From: Methanocellales archaeon
GTDB lineage: Archaea > Halobacteriota > JAWCLZ01
Assembly (NCBI GenBank): GCA_038850275.1
Contig: JAWCLZ010000005.1
Coordinates: 10,084 to 74,083, forward strand
DNA: 64,000 nucleotides
Reading direction: 5' to 3'
Below the pieces are notes generated by a model that was not told the DNA's origin, did no database searches, and worked only from the letters and a program-made list of their open reading frames with translations. Of this stretch, positions 36,976 through 46,611 are shown in pieces. The position numbers were made by a program, and so were the translations under genes. Every line of letters starts with the position of its first letter. Position 1 is the first letter of the stretch.

Positions 36976-37012
36976 GAAAAATAAAAAATAAATAAAAAAA
37001 TAAAAAAGAGGG

Positions 37013-37297
37013 ATGTGTATGTGGCTTGAAGTATTAACATTGCTACTGGGAATTGGCTATGGATATATCAACCCAGGTAAGGAGGATCGAATTAAATTGT
37101 TGAAGAAAGGCCTTTTAATAGGCATAGTCTTGGGGGTAATCTTCGGCATAATAGGCTCATTCTTCGGCGGTTTATTATTCCTACCAGTTTCACTAATTCT
37201 ATGGATAATCGCCATTGGTTGGCTAGCAATTCTCTTCATAATTGGCACCTACGTAGGGGACTGGTTGGAGGTTAAATTCAAGAAATCCAGCGCATAA
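37013..37297 (+). CDS. small membrane protein, 94 aa, 3 TM
   Basis: Hydrophobic throughout (LGVIFGIIGSFFGGLLFLPVSLILWIIAIGWLAILFIIG). Confidence 0.4.
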   Translation: MCMWLEVLTLLLGIGYGYINPGKEDRIKLLKKGLLIGIVLGVIFGIIGSFFGGLLFLPVSLILWIIAIGWLAILFIIGTYVGDWLEVKFKKSSA

Positions 37298-37756
37298 ATG
37301 AGTATAGAACTCAAGCGCGTTAGATTGATCGCTGATTATCAATTTGGCAGTGGCGCTGGTGAAGCACTCTTCCCAGATTCAACTCAATTTATTTTTTCCT
37401 CTAGGGATAAAGTAAGGCAGATTTATGATGGTGGCAGGAGAATTGCATCGCTGCGTGCTAGTGATGGGCTACTCACGCTAAGCTTCGAAGGCGGGGAGAG
37501 GCTTAGGAGATTTCTGCCATTTCCCAAACTTAGAGTTGTAGTAAGCGATGAAGCTGTGCCATTCGTTGCTAGTGGCAAGTCTGCTTTTGCACGCCACGTT
37601 ATTCAAGTGGATCCTGACCTACGCGCAGGAGAGGAGGTCTTAATTGTTGATAAAAATGACTGCCTTCTTGCCACGGGTAAAGCAGTGCTCTCAGCACAAG
37701 AAATGCTTAGTTTTAAGAAAGGCGTTGCGGTGGAAATACGAGTAGCAAGGGAATAG
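37298..37756 (+). CDS. PUA-domain RNA-binding protein (pre-PUA + PUA, MCT-1/Tma20-like architecture)
   Basis: The C-terminal PUA-like core GEEVLIVDKNDCLLATGKAVLSAQEM ... GVAVEIRV is preceded by a small N-terminal domain. 152 aa. Confidence 0.5.
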   Translation: MSIELKRVRLIADYQFGSGAGEALFPDSTQFIFSSRDKVRQIYDGGRRIASLRASDGLLTLSFEGGERLRRFLPFPKLRVVVSDEAVPFVASGKSAFARHVIQVDPDLRAGEEVLIVDKNDCLLATGKAVLSAQEMLSFKKGVAVEIRVARE

Positions 37757-37769
37757 CATAATGCTTTTG

Positions 37770-39122
37770 CTATCTCCTTGCGATTCTACTTATAATTAAA
37801 AGTCCAGCTGTAACTATTGATATAACTACTGCGCTGATTAAATTACTATCCACTTCGCTCTCCACTTCTCTCTTCCTCGAAAAAATTAATATCTCATCAG
37901 AAGTGAGATTAAACTGCTTTACCTCGCCATTTACATATATACTATAGTCACCCGCTTGCAAGCCATAAAAGGTTACATTGCTAGCAAGTACTTTTGCCAC
38001 TAGTTCATTCCCTCGCATTATTCTTAAATCTACCTTTTCACCCACTATGACCTTCAAATTAACATAGCTTCGCAGTGGAATTGCCTTTCCATCTGCATAG
38101 ATGGGGAGGTCAACGATATCAAGGGAGCTTAAAATAGAAGGAGCTATATCCCTTTGCTCGTGAATACCAAGTATCAATTTACTCTCAATACCAGGGGAGT
38201 ATATCACCAAAGGAATTCTCCGACTCTCGAGAAAGCCTCTATATTTATCTGAAGCATGTCCTCCTCTTGAATTAGCTGTTATGAATTTCATCCCGTGGTC
38301 TGAGGTAATAAACAGTGATAGGTTATTGCGAATACAGGTTTCATAGAGCTCAGGTAGAAGTGCATCTAGCTTTTCAATTACCTCAACATATCGAGTTGCG
38401 TCATAAGCATGAGCCACTTGATCAACACCACCTGCATTTACTGTGATAAAAAATTTTTGATTAGGATAATTACTCACCATATAATTTGCAATTGAATTTG
38501 CACTCTCCAATGCCCAGCGATTATATAAAGCATACTTCTCAATATCCTTTCCCTGTTCTCGAGGTAATTTCTCCGTTAGTTTGAGCATGAAATCTGCTAG
38601 CGGTATTTCAAGTTTTTTTCTAAACTTAAGTGAAGGATTATCTATGGAATTTGAGGAATCATATATCGCTAGATCTTGCTTTTCAATTATATTCTCAAAA
38701 TCGCCTTTTTCCAAAATTGCAATGCAGATATATCCATGGCTGCGCAGTACATCGAAGATTGAAGCTTGTTCATAGCTTAAAAATTCCACATCAGCCTTGG
38801 AATAGCCTGAAAAAATTATAGCGTGTCCCCTCTGAGTATCTGGCTCTAGAGCGCGTATATCTTGAACAAGTACTCCATTGCTTGCGATATAGGAGAGATT
38901 ATCCATGCGTGCTTTCTTCAGTTCCTTACCATTGAAATCAAGAGGGGTGTAGTTATAGGTTGAGAGATAGCTAGCTCCCATTCCATCGACTATGAGCAAT
39001 ATACCCCCATTTTTCTTTTCAATACTGTGCAAAAAATACTCTTCAGCATTTACAACTTGCATAGTTTGCTCAGAAATCGCGAGAGCGATAATGATGAATA
39101 TAAATATGGAGAGCTTTTTCAT
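37770..39122 (-). CDS. secreted, C-terminally anchored alkaline-phosphatase-superfamily metalloenzyme (phosphodiesterase/phosphomutase-like)
   Basis: Signal peptide MKKLSIFIFIIIALAIS, metal-ligand motifs LLIVDGMGASY and ITSDHGM, and a C-terminal TM (LISAVVISIVTAGLLIISRIARR). Confidence 0.6.
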   Translation of the reverse strand: MKKLSIFIFIIIALAISEQTMQVVNAEEYFLHSIEKKNGGILLIVDGMGASYLSTYNYTPLDFNGKELKKARMDNLSYIASNGVLVQDIRALEPDTQRGHAIIFSGYSKADVEFLSYEQASIFDVLRSHGYICIAILEKGDFENIIEKQDLAIYDSSNSIDNPSLKFRKKLEIPLADFMLKLTEKLPREQGKDIEKYALYNRWALESANSIANYMVSNYPNQKFFITVNAGGVDQVAHAYDATRYVEVIEKLDALLPELYETCIRNNLSLFITSDHGMKFITANSRGGHASDKYRGFLESRRIPLVIYSPGIESKLILGIHEQRDIAPSILSSLDIVDLPIYADGKAIPLRSYVNLKVIVGEKVDLRIMRGNELVAKVLASNVTFYGLQAGDYSIYVNGEVKQFNLTSDEILIFSRKREVESEVDSNLISAVVISIVTAGLLIISRIARR

Positions 39123-39160
39123 AAGTTTGCATCAGAGATATGAAAATAAATAGATTTGCA

Positions 39161-40030
39161 TTAAATGTAAAAAACTGACCCCGCCAAGAATCCAAGTAGC
39201 CCTAGAAGAATAGCCATGAGTGTTATTCCTCTCATTTTGCTAGCGGTGCTATATTTTTGCAGGAGATTGTATGAAGCATAGATGAATAATAAGTTTGATG
39301 GAAGTATGAAGATGAGGTAAAACTCATTATAGAAATAATTTGTGTTAGGGTAGAAATATGGAATAAAACTAAGTGCTATTGCAATTAAATAGAAAGCACT
39401 TGAGATCTGCGCAGCTTTTACCTCTCCATATATCCTTGCTATGCTTCTCACCCTTCGAAGTTTATCTCCCTCTACATCCATAACTCCCTTCATAATCTCT
39501 CTTCCAAGGCCTGAGAGGAACGCGATTGAAGCAAGCAGAAGTAAGATTGATGGCAGCTTTCTTGCGATCGCTCCACCGAATATAAAGGGAATTGCCATTG
39601 AATAGGCGATATAAATATTTCCAAAAAAACCAGTTTCCTTCAACCTTACGTCATATAAAACTCCAAATAGAGCTGAGATCAATGCTATAGAGAAGCAAAG
39701 CCAGTTTAAAAAAAACGAGCTCAATACCCCTAGGGGTGTAGATATAAGTGCTATTGCAAGTGCTGTTTTTGGAGTTAAATCGCCCCGTACAAGCGGACGG
39801 TCAAAGCGCTTATTAACTTTATCCACTTCTAGATCAAAGTAGTCATTTAAAGCAAAAGTACCTACTTCGATCAAGATCGCAGTAAGAGCGCCGAAAAAAA
39901 CATTGTAGAGAGTTATCGAGGGGGAATTTGCAACAGCAATTCCAACAATGACTCCAAGGGCGAACATTAATCCATGTTCAAGTCGAGTGAGTTGCCATAT
40001 AGCTTTTAATTTCTTCATCTCTAGTTTCAT
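39161..40030 (-). CDS. UbiA-family prenyltransferase (likely (S)-2,3-di-O-geranylgeranylglyceryl phosphate synthase)
   Basis: NDYFDLEVDKVNKRFDRPLVRG is the UbiA Asp-rich motif. 289 aa with 8-9 TM. Confidence 0.7.
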   Translation of the reverse strand: MKLEMKKLKAIWQLTRLEHGLMFALGVIVGIAVANSPSITLYNVFFGALTAILIEVGTFALNDYFDLEVDKVNKRFDRPLVRGDLTPKTALAIALISTPLGVLSSFFLNWLCFSIALISALFGVLYDVRLKETGFFGNIYIAYSMAIPFIFGGAIARKLPSILLLLASIAFLSGLGREIMKGVMDVEGDKLRRVRSIARIYGEVKAAQISSAFYLIAIALSFIPYFYPNTNYFYNEFYLIFILPSNLLFIYASYNLLQKYSTASKMRGITLMAILLGLLGFLAGSVFYI

Positions 40031-40040
40031 TGAATCAGCC

Positions 40041-40496
40041 TTATAGATCGAATTTTACCTCTAATTTGAATAGTTTCTTCGTGGGCAGATTTAGCACTTC
40101 CTTTATCCCTGAGCGCTTTTTTATCTCCATCAAGACTTGCTTCAAACTTTTTTGGTCCATACCTGCTAAGGTGAACCATATATTGTAATAATGCTTCCTC
40201 AAATAGTTGTGGGAAACGCCTTGATATGAATTGATTATCTCCACCACTTCTTTAATTCTCTCTTCAGGAACCCTCATTGCCACAAGCGTGCTTTCAAGTC
40301 CCAATTCCTTGGCATCGATTATAGGTCGAATGCAGCGAATTCTCCCGCTTTTCTGCAATCGCTTAGTTCTCTCAATTACCTCTGCTTCATCCACTCCAAT
40401 TTGCTCCCCAATTGCCTTAAATGGCCTCATAACCAGAGGAAATTCAGCTTGCAGTATAGATAGAATTGCTCTATCAATTTTATCCATGCTGAACAA
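40041..40496 (-). CDS. AsnC/Lrp-like protein of the siroheme decarboxylase (AhbA/AhbB, NirD/L/G/H) family
   Basis: IDRAILSILQAEFPLVMRPFKAIGEQIGVDEAEVIERTKRLQKSGRIR matches the conserved N-terminal region of NirD-like proteins. 151 aa. Confidence 0.55.
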   Translation of the reverse strand: MFSMDKIDRAILSILQAEFPLVMRPFKAIGEQIGVDEAEVIERTKRLQKSGRIRCIRPIIDAKELGLESTLVAMRVPEERIKEVVEIINSYQGVSHNYLRKHYYNIWFTLAGMDQKSLKQVLMEIKKRSGIKEVLNLPTKKLFKLEVKFDL

Positions 40497-40567
40497 ATTA
40501 TATCTAGAATATCTAGAATTTAGAAATACCCTTTTATTTTAAAGTTAAAATTTTTCGAGGTGGGAAA

Positions 40568-40738
40568 TTTATGCACACTAGCTTTTTTTAGGCTTCATTT
40601 CTTCCTTTTTCACCCTCCAAACGTGGGGAGTTGTGCGGCAAGTTGGGCATTCATAATATTCATATTTTTCATCTTCCTTAACCTTCTTAGTTACCTCCCC
40701 AGTGTAGCCACATTTGGGGCATTGCAGGCGTAAAACCA
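40568..40738 (-). CDS. unannotated small C4 zinc-ribbon protein, 56 aa from a GTG start
   Basis: VVQLVLRLQCPKCGYTGEVTKKVKEDEKYEYYECPTCRTTPHVWRVKKEEMKPKKS has CxxC-x19-CxxC and a Lys-rich tail. It lies in the 320-bp gap between the ahbA-like and MBL genes. Confidence 0.35.
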
Positions 40739-40818
40739 ATTGAACCACCCATGTATGAATGCAATGAATATATTTAAATATGTTTCAAGAAAGATGAATT
40801 TAACCTAGGTGACGAGTT

Positions 40819-41499
40819 ATGAAAATCACTTGGCTTGGGCATGCTGCATTTGAAATAACTGGGAAAAAGCATGTGTTGATCGATCCATTTATATCTGGAA
40901 ACCCCTTGGCTCCTAGGAAAATTGAAGATCTGAAGCCAGAGATCATAGCTGTTACCCATGGTCATGGAGACCACCTTGGGGATACCATTGTGATTGCCAA
41001 GCGGAATAAAGCTATTGTTGTTGGAATACACGAGATCGCTTGTTATCTTCAAGCGAAAGGAGTTGAAGCAATTGGTATGAATATGGGGGGAACAGTAGAC
41101 CTTGGGGTGAAAATCACTATGGTACCTGCTTGGCATTCCTCAGGTATTGATGAAGCGAATTTTAGCTATAGTGGGGGTACAGCTTGTGGTTTTATTATCG
41201 AAGATGGAGTTAAAATTTATCACGCAGGAGATACCTCGCTCTTCAGCGATATGAAGTTAATTGGAGAGATCTATCGCCCTGAGATTGCATTGCTTCCAAT
41301 TGGCAATCGATTCACAATGAATCCGCAAACTGCAGCGATAGCAGTTAGTTGGATAAAGCCACAAGTTGCTATTCCAATGCATTACAATACCTTCCCAATT
41401 ATTGCTCAGGACCCTGAGAAATTTGCAGCCTTCGTGAAGATTAAAAGCCCTGAAACGAGGGTTGTGATTTTAAAGCCAGGGGAGATATTTGAATATTGA
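40819..41499 (+). CDS. MBL-fold metal-dependent hydrolase (UPF0173 family)
   Basis: The N-terminus [24 protein letters not shown] and the VTHGHGDH motif are typical of UPF0173. Confidence 0.75.
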   Translation: MKITWLGHAAFEITGKKHVLIDPFISGNPLAPRKIEDLKPEIIAVTHGHGDHLGDTIVIAKRNKAIVVGIHEIACYLQAKGVEAIGMNMGGTVDLGVKITMVPAWHSSGIDEANFSYSGGTACGFIIEDGVKIYHAGDTSLFSDMKLIGEIYRPEIALLPIGNRFTMNPQTAAIAVSWIKPQVAIPMHYNTFPIIAQDPEKFAAFVKIKSPETRVVILKPGEIFEY

Positions 41500-42046
41500 C
41501 ATTGTGCTTCAGAAAGGGGAAGCTATAGCTATCTCATTGAAAGCTGGGGATAGAATAAAGATAGCTTGCTTGGGTGGGGGGCAGCTTGCTGATTTGGTAT
41601 TCTCTCTATATCACCAGGGGCTAACGCTTGATAGACTTGGGAGGTTCATACTTAGAGAAGGGGATGTGCTTTATAATTGTAAGGAAGAGCCTGCTTTGAG
41701 GGTACTTAAGATTAGGTCAAAAGCTATATCTAATATAGTATACCCAGGCTGCCGAAGGAGTTTATATGGATTCAATAAGAATGGATGTAGGGAGCTGCTT
41801 GCTCGAGCATTGAATGTTTCAGTTGAAAATCTCCCAAGTACGATTAACTTATTCATGGATTTTGAAATCGACCCTCAAAGCTATGAATTCAAGCCAGTTG
41901 CAACTAAAGCTGAGGATGGAGACTTCGTTGAATTTGAGTCACTTTTCGACTTGGAAATAGCAGTTGCAGCTTGTCCATGGGAAGACCTTTCACAGCCCAA
42001 TGGAAAAATAGCCATCGAGGTTAAAAATGAGGGTGGAAGTAGATAG
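41489..42046 (+). CDS. hypothetical protein (185 aa), co-operonic with UPF0173 and the HhH-like gene
   Basis: The ORF overlaps both neighbours by 11-20 nt. There is weak resemblance to urea-carboxylase-associated DUF1989-type proteins. Confidence 0.4.
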   Translation: MNIDIVLQKGEAIAISLKAGDRIKIACLGGGQLADLVFSLYHQGLTLDRLGRFILREGDVLYNCKEEPALRVLKIRSKAISNIVYPGCRRSLYGFNKNGCRELLARALNVSVENLPSTINLFMDFEIDPQSYEFKPVATKAEDGDFVEFESLFDLEIAVAACPWEDLSQPNGKIAIEVKNEGGSR

Positions 42047-43010
42047 AGAGCAATGCTTTAACCTTGCAAGGGCCATTAAAGACTTGAAGTTTAAAGTTGA
42101 TGAATTTACAGATCCCTTGCTATACCCAGCCCAAAGTGCCTCTTTAGAGGAAGTGGCAAGTTTTTTCTTTTTCATAGTGGCAATTGATCATAGAACTAGC
42201 TCGAAATTTGAGGGAATAATTGAGGGGAGAAAACTCCATGGTTCCGAGCTTTTATATGCGCTTGCTAAGAGGCGAATGGACTTTTTCTCGGCGCAAAGAA
42301 TGCAGAGTATTTCAGAGGAAGAAGTGGCCACTTGGCTATCGATAGAGAAAAGCACCATTCCAGATCCCGCTGTTAGAGCTATGTTGCTTAGGGATTGCGG
42401 GGCCAAGCTTTTAAAGCACTACAGTGGAAGTGTCCTTGAGTTGATAAAAGCTGCAGATGGCTATTTAATACGTGGAGATGGAAAGGGATTGCTTCAGCTT
42501 TTAGCTCAATTTAAAGCATATAGCGATCCCTTGAGCAAAAAAAGTTTTCTACTAATTAAGTTTCTAGAGAGGAGAAAGCTCTTTGAAGTTAGAGATATTG
42601 AAAATCTCCATATCCCTGTGGATAACGTACTAGTGAGAATTGCATTGAGAACTGGGATAATTGAAGTAGTGGATGGGGAACTTGAGGCTAAGCTTAAGAA
42701 TTACCTGCCTGCAAATGCAATTGACGATCAAGAGATTAGAAGCACTACTCAAAAAGCTTATGATATTGTATCAAAAGAATCGGGAATTAGGGTTACGTTG
42801 CTTGATGATGTTCTCTGGACAATGGGTAGAGCTTGCTGCTCTCGCGAGAGCCCAGTTTGTTTTAACTGCAGATTTGAAAGCTGCAGAGCCTCGCAACTAC
42901 TTGGTATAGAATGCAGCCATAGTTGTATATTCACAACTGCTTGCAAAGGCGCTCAAGAACCAAGCTATAGAGCATATTATGAGCCAAATTATAAAACTTG
43001 GTATTATTAA
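42027..43010 (+). CDS. HhH-GPD/DNA-glycosylase-like protein with C-terminal Cys cluster (possible Q-nucleoside/DNA glycosylase relative)
   Basis: Helix-hairpin-helix-like VDNVLVRIALRTGI, and a C-terminal CCSRESPVCFNCRFESC (C-x6-C-x2-C-x4-C) resembling an Fe-S cluster loop. 327 aa. Confidence 0.4.
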   Translation: MRVEVDREQCFNLARAIKDLKFKVDEFTDPLLYPAQSASLEEVASFFFFIVAIDHRTSSKFEGIIEGRKLHGSELLYALAKRRMDFFSAQRMQSISEEEVATWLSIEKSTIPDPAVRAMLLRDCGAKLLKHYSGSVLELIKAADGYLIRGDGKGLLQLLAQFKAYSDPLSKKSFLLIKFLERRKLFEVRDIENLHIPVDNVLVRIALRTGIIEVVDGELEAKLKNYLPANAIDDQEIRSTTQKAYDIVSKESGIRVTLLDDVLWTMGRACCSRESPVCFNCRFESCRASQLLGIECSHSCIFTTACKGAQEPSYRAYYEPNYKTWYY

Positions 43011-43023
43011 AAAATTAGTAATA

Positions 43024-43809
43024 TTATTTAAATTTGGCTATGAATTCTTCAATTGCATTGAAATAAAGCTCATTCATTATATCATTATGATCCGCCCCTG
43101 AGATGATTAAAAGTTTTTTATATTTTGAGGCTAGGTTTTCATAGAGCTCTTTTCCCTCTGAGCAGGGTATAATGCTATCACATTCACCGTGAATAACGAG
43201 TGCTGGGATTTTAATCGCTCGAGCTTTAACTTTATTTAAGAATTCACCTTGTTCATTTAAAATGAATTCCCTATCTCGAGGTTTTAGGTATCTATGCCAT
43301 CTGCGGAAATTATTGGCTAAACCACTTTCTATTATAATCCCAGAGAATTCTAATTGATAGTGATAAGCTAGCTCTATAGCTGGAATGCTGCCAAGAGAGC
43401 GTCCCATTAGAAATATTTTTTTAACGAATTCTCTTTTTTCAATTATTTTCTTAAATTCTTGGAATATGAGATGGCAATCTCGAAGTAAAGTTGTTATCGT
43501 GGGAAAGCCTGTGCTTATGCCATAGCCCCTATAACTAGCCACAAATAAATTTATATTTCTTTGATTATAAAAACTAGCTATTTCTGAGTAGTCCCCTGGG
43601 GTCTCTCCATTGCCGTGGAAATAGAGAATAGTTGGCGAACTCTTGCTCTTAATCCAAAAGCCATAGCCAATTCGAATATCCTCGATATCCATATAAGTTT
43701 TTGGCTGAGGGATAGCGAAATGGAAATTGAAATTGGAATAAGCAAGTGGGAATACAATTTCCAGAACCTCAGGTATATCTAAAAATGAAAGATCGATCTC
43801 GTGGGACAT
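43024..43809 (-). CDS. alpha/beta-hydrolase fold protein
   Basis: Nucleophile elbow GRSLGS plus catalytic His near the C-terminus (GADHND). 261 aa. Confidence 0.65.
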   Translation of the reverse strand: MSHEIDLSFLDIPEVLEIVFPLAYSNFNFHFAIPQPKTYMDIEDIRIGYGFWIKSKSSPTILYFHGNGETPGDYSEIASFYNQRNINLFVASYRGYGISTGFPTITTLLRDCHLIFQEFKKIIEKREFVKKIFLMGRSLGSIPAIELAYHYQLEFSGIIIESGLANNFRRWHRYLKPRDREFILNEQGEFLNKVKARAIKIPALVIHGECDSIIPCSEGKELYENLASKYKKLLIISGADHNDIMNELYFNAIEEFIAKFK

Positions 43810-44637
43810 TCAAACTCTTCTCAAAATACCAATTCTTGGCTCATAGCAGCGCCCTTCATCCATAAGCTCCTTCAAAGCCCTCTCAATAGTTTCCTCATCT
43901 AAACCGCGTTGCTCTGCAGCGTTGATTATCTCTTCATAGCTCGCCCCCTCACCTTTATCTAGATCGCAGAGGATAGAATATATGACCTCCTTATTTGACC
44001 CCTTGGTTTCTCTAATAAGCGACTCAAGAGCATCTATTACCATTTGCTTGAGCTTTTGAAGAGACTCCTCACTAGTTTTATAATGAGCAATCGCTTGAGC
44101 AATGCCACTCGCAAGCTCCTTTCTAGCTCCCCTATCTATGAGGTAATTAACAAGGTCCTCTCCAGCTAACTTTGAATCCAGAGCTACTTTCATGTAATTT
44201 ATCCTCTCAAGGGTTCTCTCAGCAGTCGATAAAACCCAGAGGTCTCTATCTTTTGCATCCACTATATTGATCTCTTCAGGTCTAATCGTAGTATAAAACG
44301 CGCCCTCTTCAGGTTCATATATTCTAACTTTGCCCACTACTGCTAGAAAACTTGGAATTTCAACCTCTGAGAGGAAAATTGCTATATCTGGTTGAAAATG
44401 ACCTGCATATACAGTGAATGTCCCCGTGGGATCAGCTATTCTTGAGCGCCATAGGTCTTCTGCTTGACCTATATTTTCTACTTCAGTAACCACGCCAACA
44501 ATATAGACTCTATTGCATTTAGCACCTGAGGGTGTGATTATATAATTTGGAGCACGTGCATCACCTTTGCTATATTTTAAATTAGATTGATTGAATTCCG
44601 CTGCAAAAACCCGCCAAGCAATTTCCCTCTCAACCAT
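43810..44637 (-). CDS. replication protein A middle subunit (RPA32-like, euryarchaeal Rpa2/RPAP)
   Basis: OB-fold region (RVYIVGVVTEVENIGQ ... TFTVYAGHF) plus a C-terminal winged-helix-like region. It overlaps the large-subunit gene stop by 8 nt. Confidence 0.6.
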   Translation of the reverse strand: MVEREIAWRVFAAEFNQSNLKYSKGDARAPNYIITPSGAKCNRVYIVGVVTEVENIGQAEDLWRSRIADPTGTFTVYAGHFQPDIAIFLSEVEIPSFLAVVGKVRIYEPEEGAFYTTIRPEEINIVDAKDRDLWVLSTAERTLERINYMKVALDSKLAGEDLVNYLIDRGARKELASGIAQAIAHYKTSEESLQKLKQMVIDALESLIRETKGSNKEVIYSILCDLDKGEGASYEEIINAAEQRGLDEETIERALKELMDEGRCYEPRIGILRRV

Positions 44638-45907
44638 GCTTAATTACCTCTAATAGTGCTCTTGCTTTTTCCTCTATGTTAAAACTTGGCATCCAAGCCT
44701 CCCTAGCAACTAGCATAATGCCATAATCAGTTCTACTTGCATTTCCTCTAACCACTAACCTCCTTCCTGTAAACTTTCGCTTAATATCCTCCTCAATTAC
44801 CTCAGTGGAGAGCGCGCTCATAGCTATTTCCTTGCATTTCTCCAAGCTTTGTCCATATAGTTTTTCAGTTTCCTCTCTATTGAGTACAATCATAATTGCT
44901 CCAGTGCCATCGTCTAAGGTGGCTTTGATACGCATATCATATATCCCCTGCACTTTTCCGTGACTTCGACATATATTCTTCTGTATAACTCTATGGCAAC
45001 TTGGACAGCGTTGGATCAATCCTGACCCAGGTCTGATAGAAAGAATGTCTCCTTCAACTGTGACATCAAATGCTCCTTCTTTACCAACCACTTCGCCTAA
45101 ACGTATGATTTCCTTGGAAATATTAATATCTATATCTAGATCTGGAACTCGAGTTATAATCGTGGCTTCATTGATGTTGATAGCAGGTAGTCCTTGGAAT
45201 TTCTTCACATATACATTTTCAAGTTTCAGAGTGGCATCCTTGACTATTTCAGCTTCTGAAACCCAAGAGGTAAATGGTAGCTTTGAGGTTTCATCTGCAA
45301 TTATACCTGTGATGATTATTTTCTTATTCTGCTTAATTGAGATCTCCTGCTGCTTCGCCTCCAATATCTTTCCTATTACCGAGATATTCCTATCTCCTTC
45401 TCTTATCTCAGCAAGTTTTTTAACCCCAGAAACTGGTGAAAGATTAGGCAGAATATCTGGCATTATTTCTATTTTAGCCCGCTCGCCAAAGTTAAGCTCC
45501 ATGCTTCCTTTAAATTCACGTACATAGGCGTTTGTGATCTTCACCACATCGCCTTTCCTCAAGCTAAAATCGCGCCAAGCTGTGAATCGCATTACTTTAG
45601 TTTCATCTCCAATTAAACCAAAGAAAATAGTTTTCTCCTCAGTTCCTATTTTAAGATTTTTGCTTCCTATATCTAGAATTTTAACTATAACTTCTACATT
45701 TTTATCCTCTGGCGTTAAATCTTTAAGCTTCTTAGCGATTACTTGCTTTGCAAAACCACCATATTTTTTAATTATAGTGCGCTTGGCCTCCTCCACTGGA
45801 ACATTATATTCAAAGAGCAGTATTTTCAAGTCAGCTAGGATTTTCGCTTCATCAACATTTACCAACGCCCTTTTTATCTCCTCGAGATGGGGCGATATAT
45901 CCTCCAT
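44630..45907 (-). CDS. replication protein A large subunit (RPA41-like) with OB folds and zinc ribbon
   Basis: Three OB-like segments and a Zn finger CPSCHRVIQKNICRSHG. 425 aa. Confidence 0.7.
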   Translation of the reverse strand: MEDISPHLEEIKRALVNVDEAKILADLKILLFEYNVPVEEAKRTIIKKYGGFAKQVIAKKLKDLTPEDKNVEVIVKILDIGSKNLKIGTEEKTIFFGLIGDETKVMRFTAWRDFSLRKGDVVKITNAYVREFKGSMELNFGERAKIEIMPDILPNLSPVSGVKKLAEIREGDRNISVIGKILEAKQQEISIKQNKKIIITGIIADETSKLPFTSWVSEAEIVKDATLKLENVYVKKFQGLPAININEATIITRVPDLDIDINISKEIIRLGEVVGKEGAFDVTVEGDILSIRPGSGLIQRCPSCHRVIQKNICRSHGKVQGIYDMRIKATLDDGTGAIMIVLNREETEKLYGQSLEKCKEIAMSALSTEVIEEDIKRKFTGRRLVVRGNASRTDYGIMLVAREAWMPSFNIEEKARALLEVIKHG

Positions 45908-46048
45908 TAAAAACCTCCTCGGAAGTTATTCACTATAACACAGTGGAGAGATAAAAAATCATCGGTGAAAAGGGAATTTAAAATTAAATAAAATAAATCA
46001 GCATTTTTATAAAGTTATAAATTGATCTTTCAAGTCGAGGGGAATTAA

Positions 46049-46450
46049 ATGATTAAAAAAATAGATCATATAGGAGTGGCGGTTAAAAGCATAGATGAGG
46101 TTGCAAAGATATATCTTGACATGGGCCTTGAGGTTAAAGGCATTGAAACCGTGGAGCAGCAAAAAGTAAAAGTTGCTTTCATCCCAGTTGGCGAGAGCAA
46201 TATAGAGCTACTGGAAGCAACTTCCCCTGATAGTGCGATTGCCAAGTTCATCGAGCAAAGGGGAGAGGGAGTGCAGCATATTGCATTGAGAGTGGATAAT
46301 ATTGAACTAGAACTAGAGAAGCTAAAATCAAAGGGTATGAGGTTGATAGATGAAACCCCTAGAATTGGAGCCCACGGTGCAAAGATTGCTTTTCTTCACC
46401 CCAAGAGCACTCGAGGAGTTTTGATTGAACTATGCGAGCGACCGCATTGA
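46049..46450 (+). CDS. methylmalonyl-CoA epimerase / glyoxalase-family (VOC) protein
   Basis: [18 protein letters not shown] ... [13 protein letters not shown] ... [27 protein letters not shown] is an MCE-type VOC. Confidence 0.7.
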   Translation: MIKKIDHIGVAVKSIDEVAKIYLDMGLEVKGIETVEQQKVKVAFIPVGESNIELLEATSPDSAIAKFIEQRGEGVQHIALRVDNIELELEKLKSKGMRLIDETPRIGAHGAKIAFLHPKSTRGVLIELCERPH

Positions 46451-46611
46451 ATTGATTACTTTCACAGCGCTCTTTACATTAATTTATATATATAAAAAAA
46501 TTAATTGAAAATCAAAAAATCATCCATCCCCTTTTATTTTTTGAGTGGGAGAGCTTATCTTTTCCTTTAGATAAAATTGCTAGTATACTGCGGGGTAAAA
46601 ATATTATTTGG

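Noticed and set aside
36962-37012. Poly-A-rich stretch (aaaaataaaaaataaataaaaaaataaaaaag) between two plus-strand genes
   Set aside because: It is a low-complexity A-tract on the coding strand, not the oligo-T expected for an archaeal terminator of these genes. It is likely just an AT-rich spacer containing the next gene's promoter and RBS.
40774-41136. 120-aa minus-strand ORF overlapping the UPF0173 MBL hydrolase
   Set aside because: It lies entirely within or antisense to the MBL gene, whose frame has the HGHGDH metal motif.
45045-45938. Two long plus-strand ORFs (160 and 134 aa) inside the RPA41 gene
   Set aside because: They are antisense to the RPA large-subunit frame with its OB folds and zinc finger. 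Their composition is Ser/Ile/Leu-biased with no motifs.
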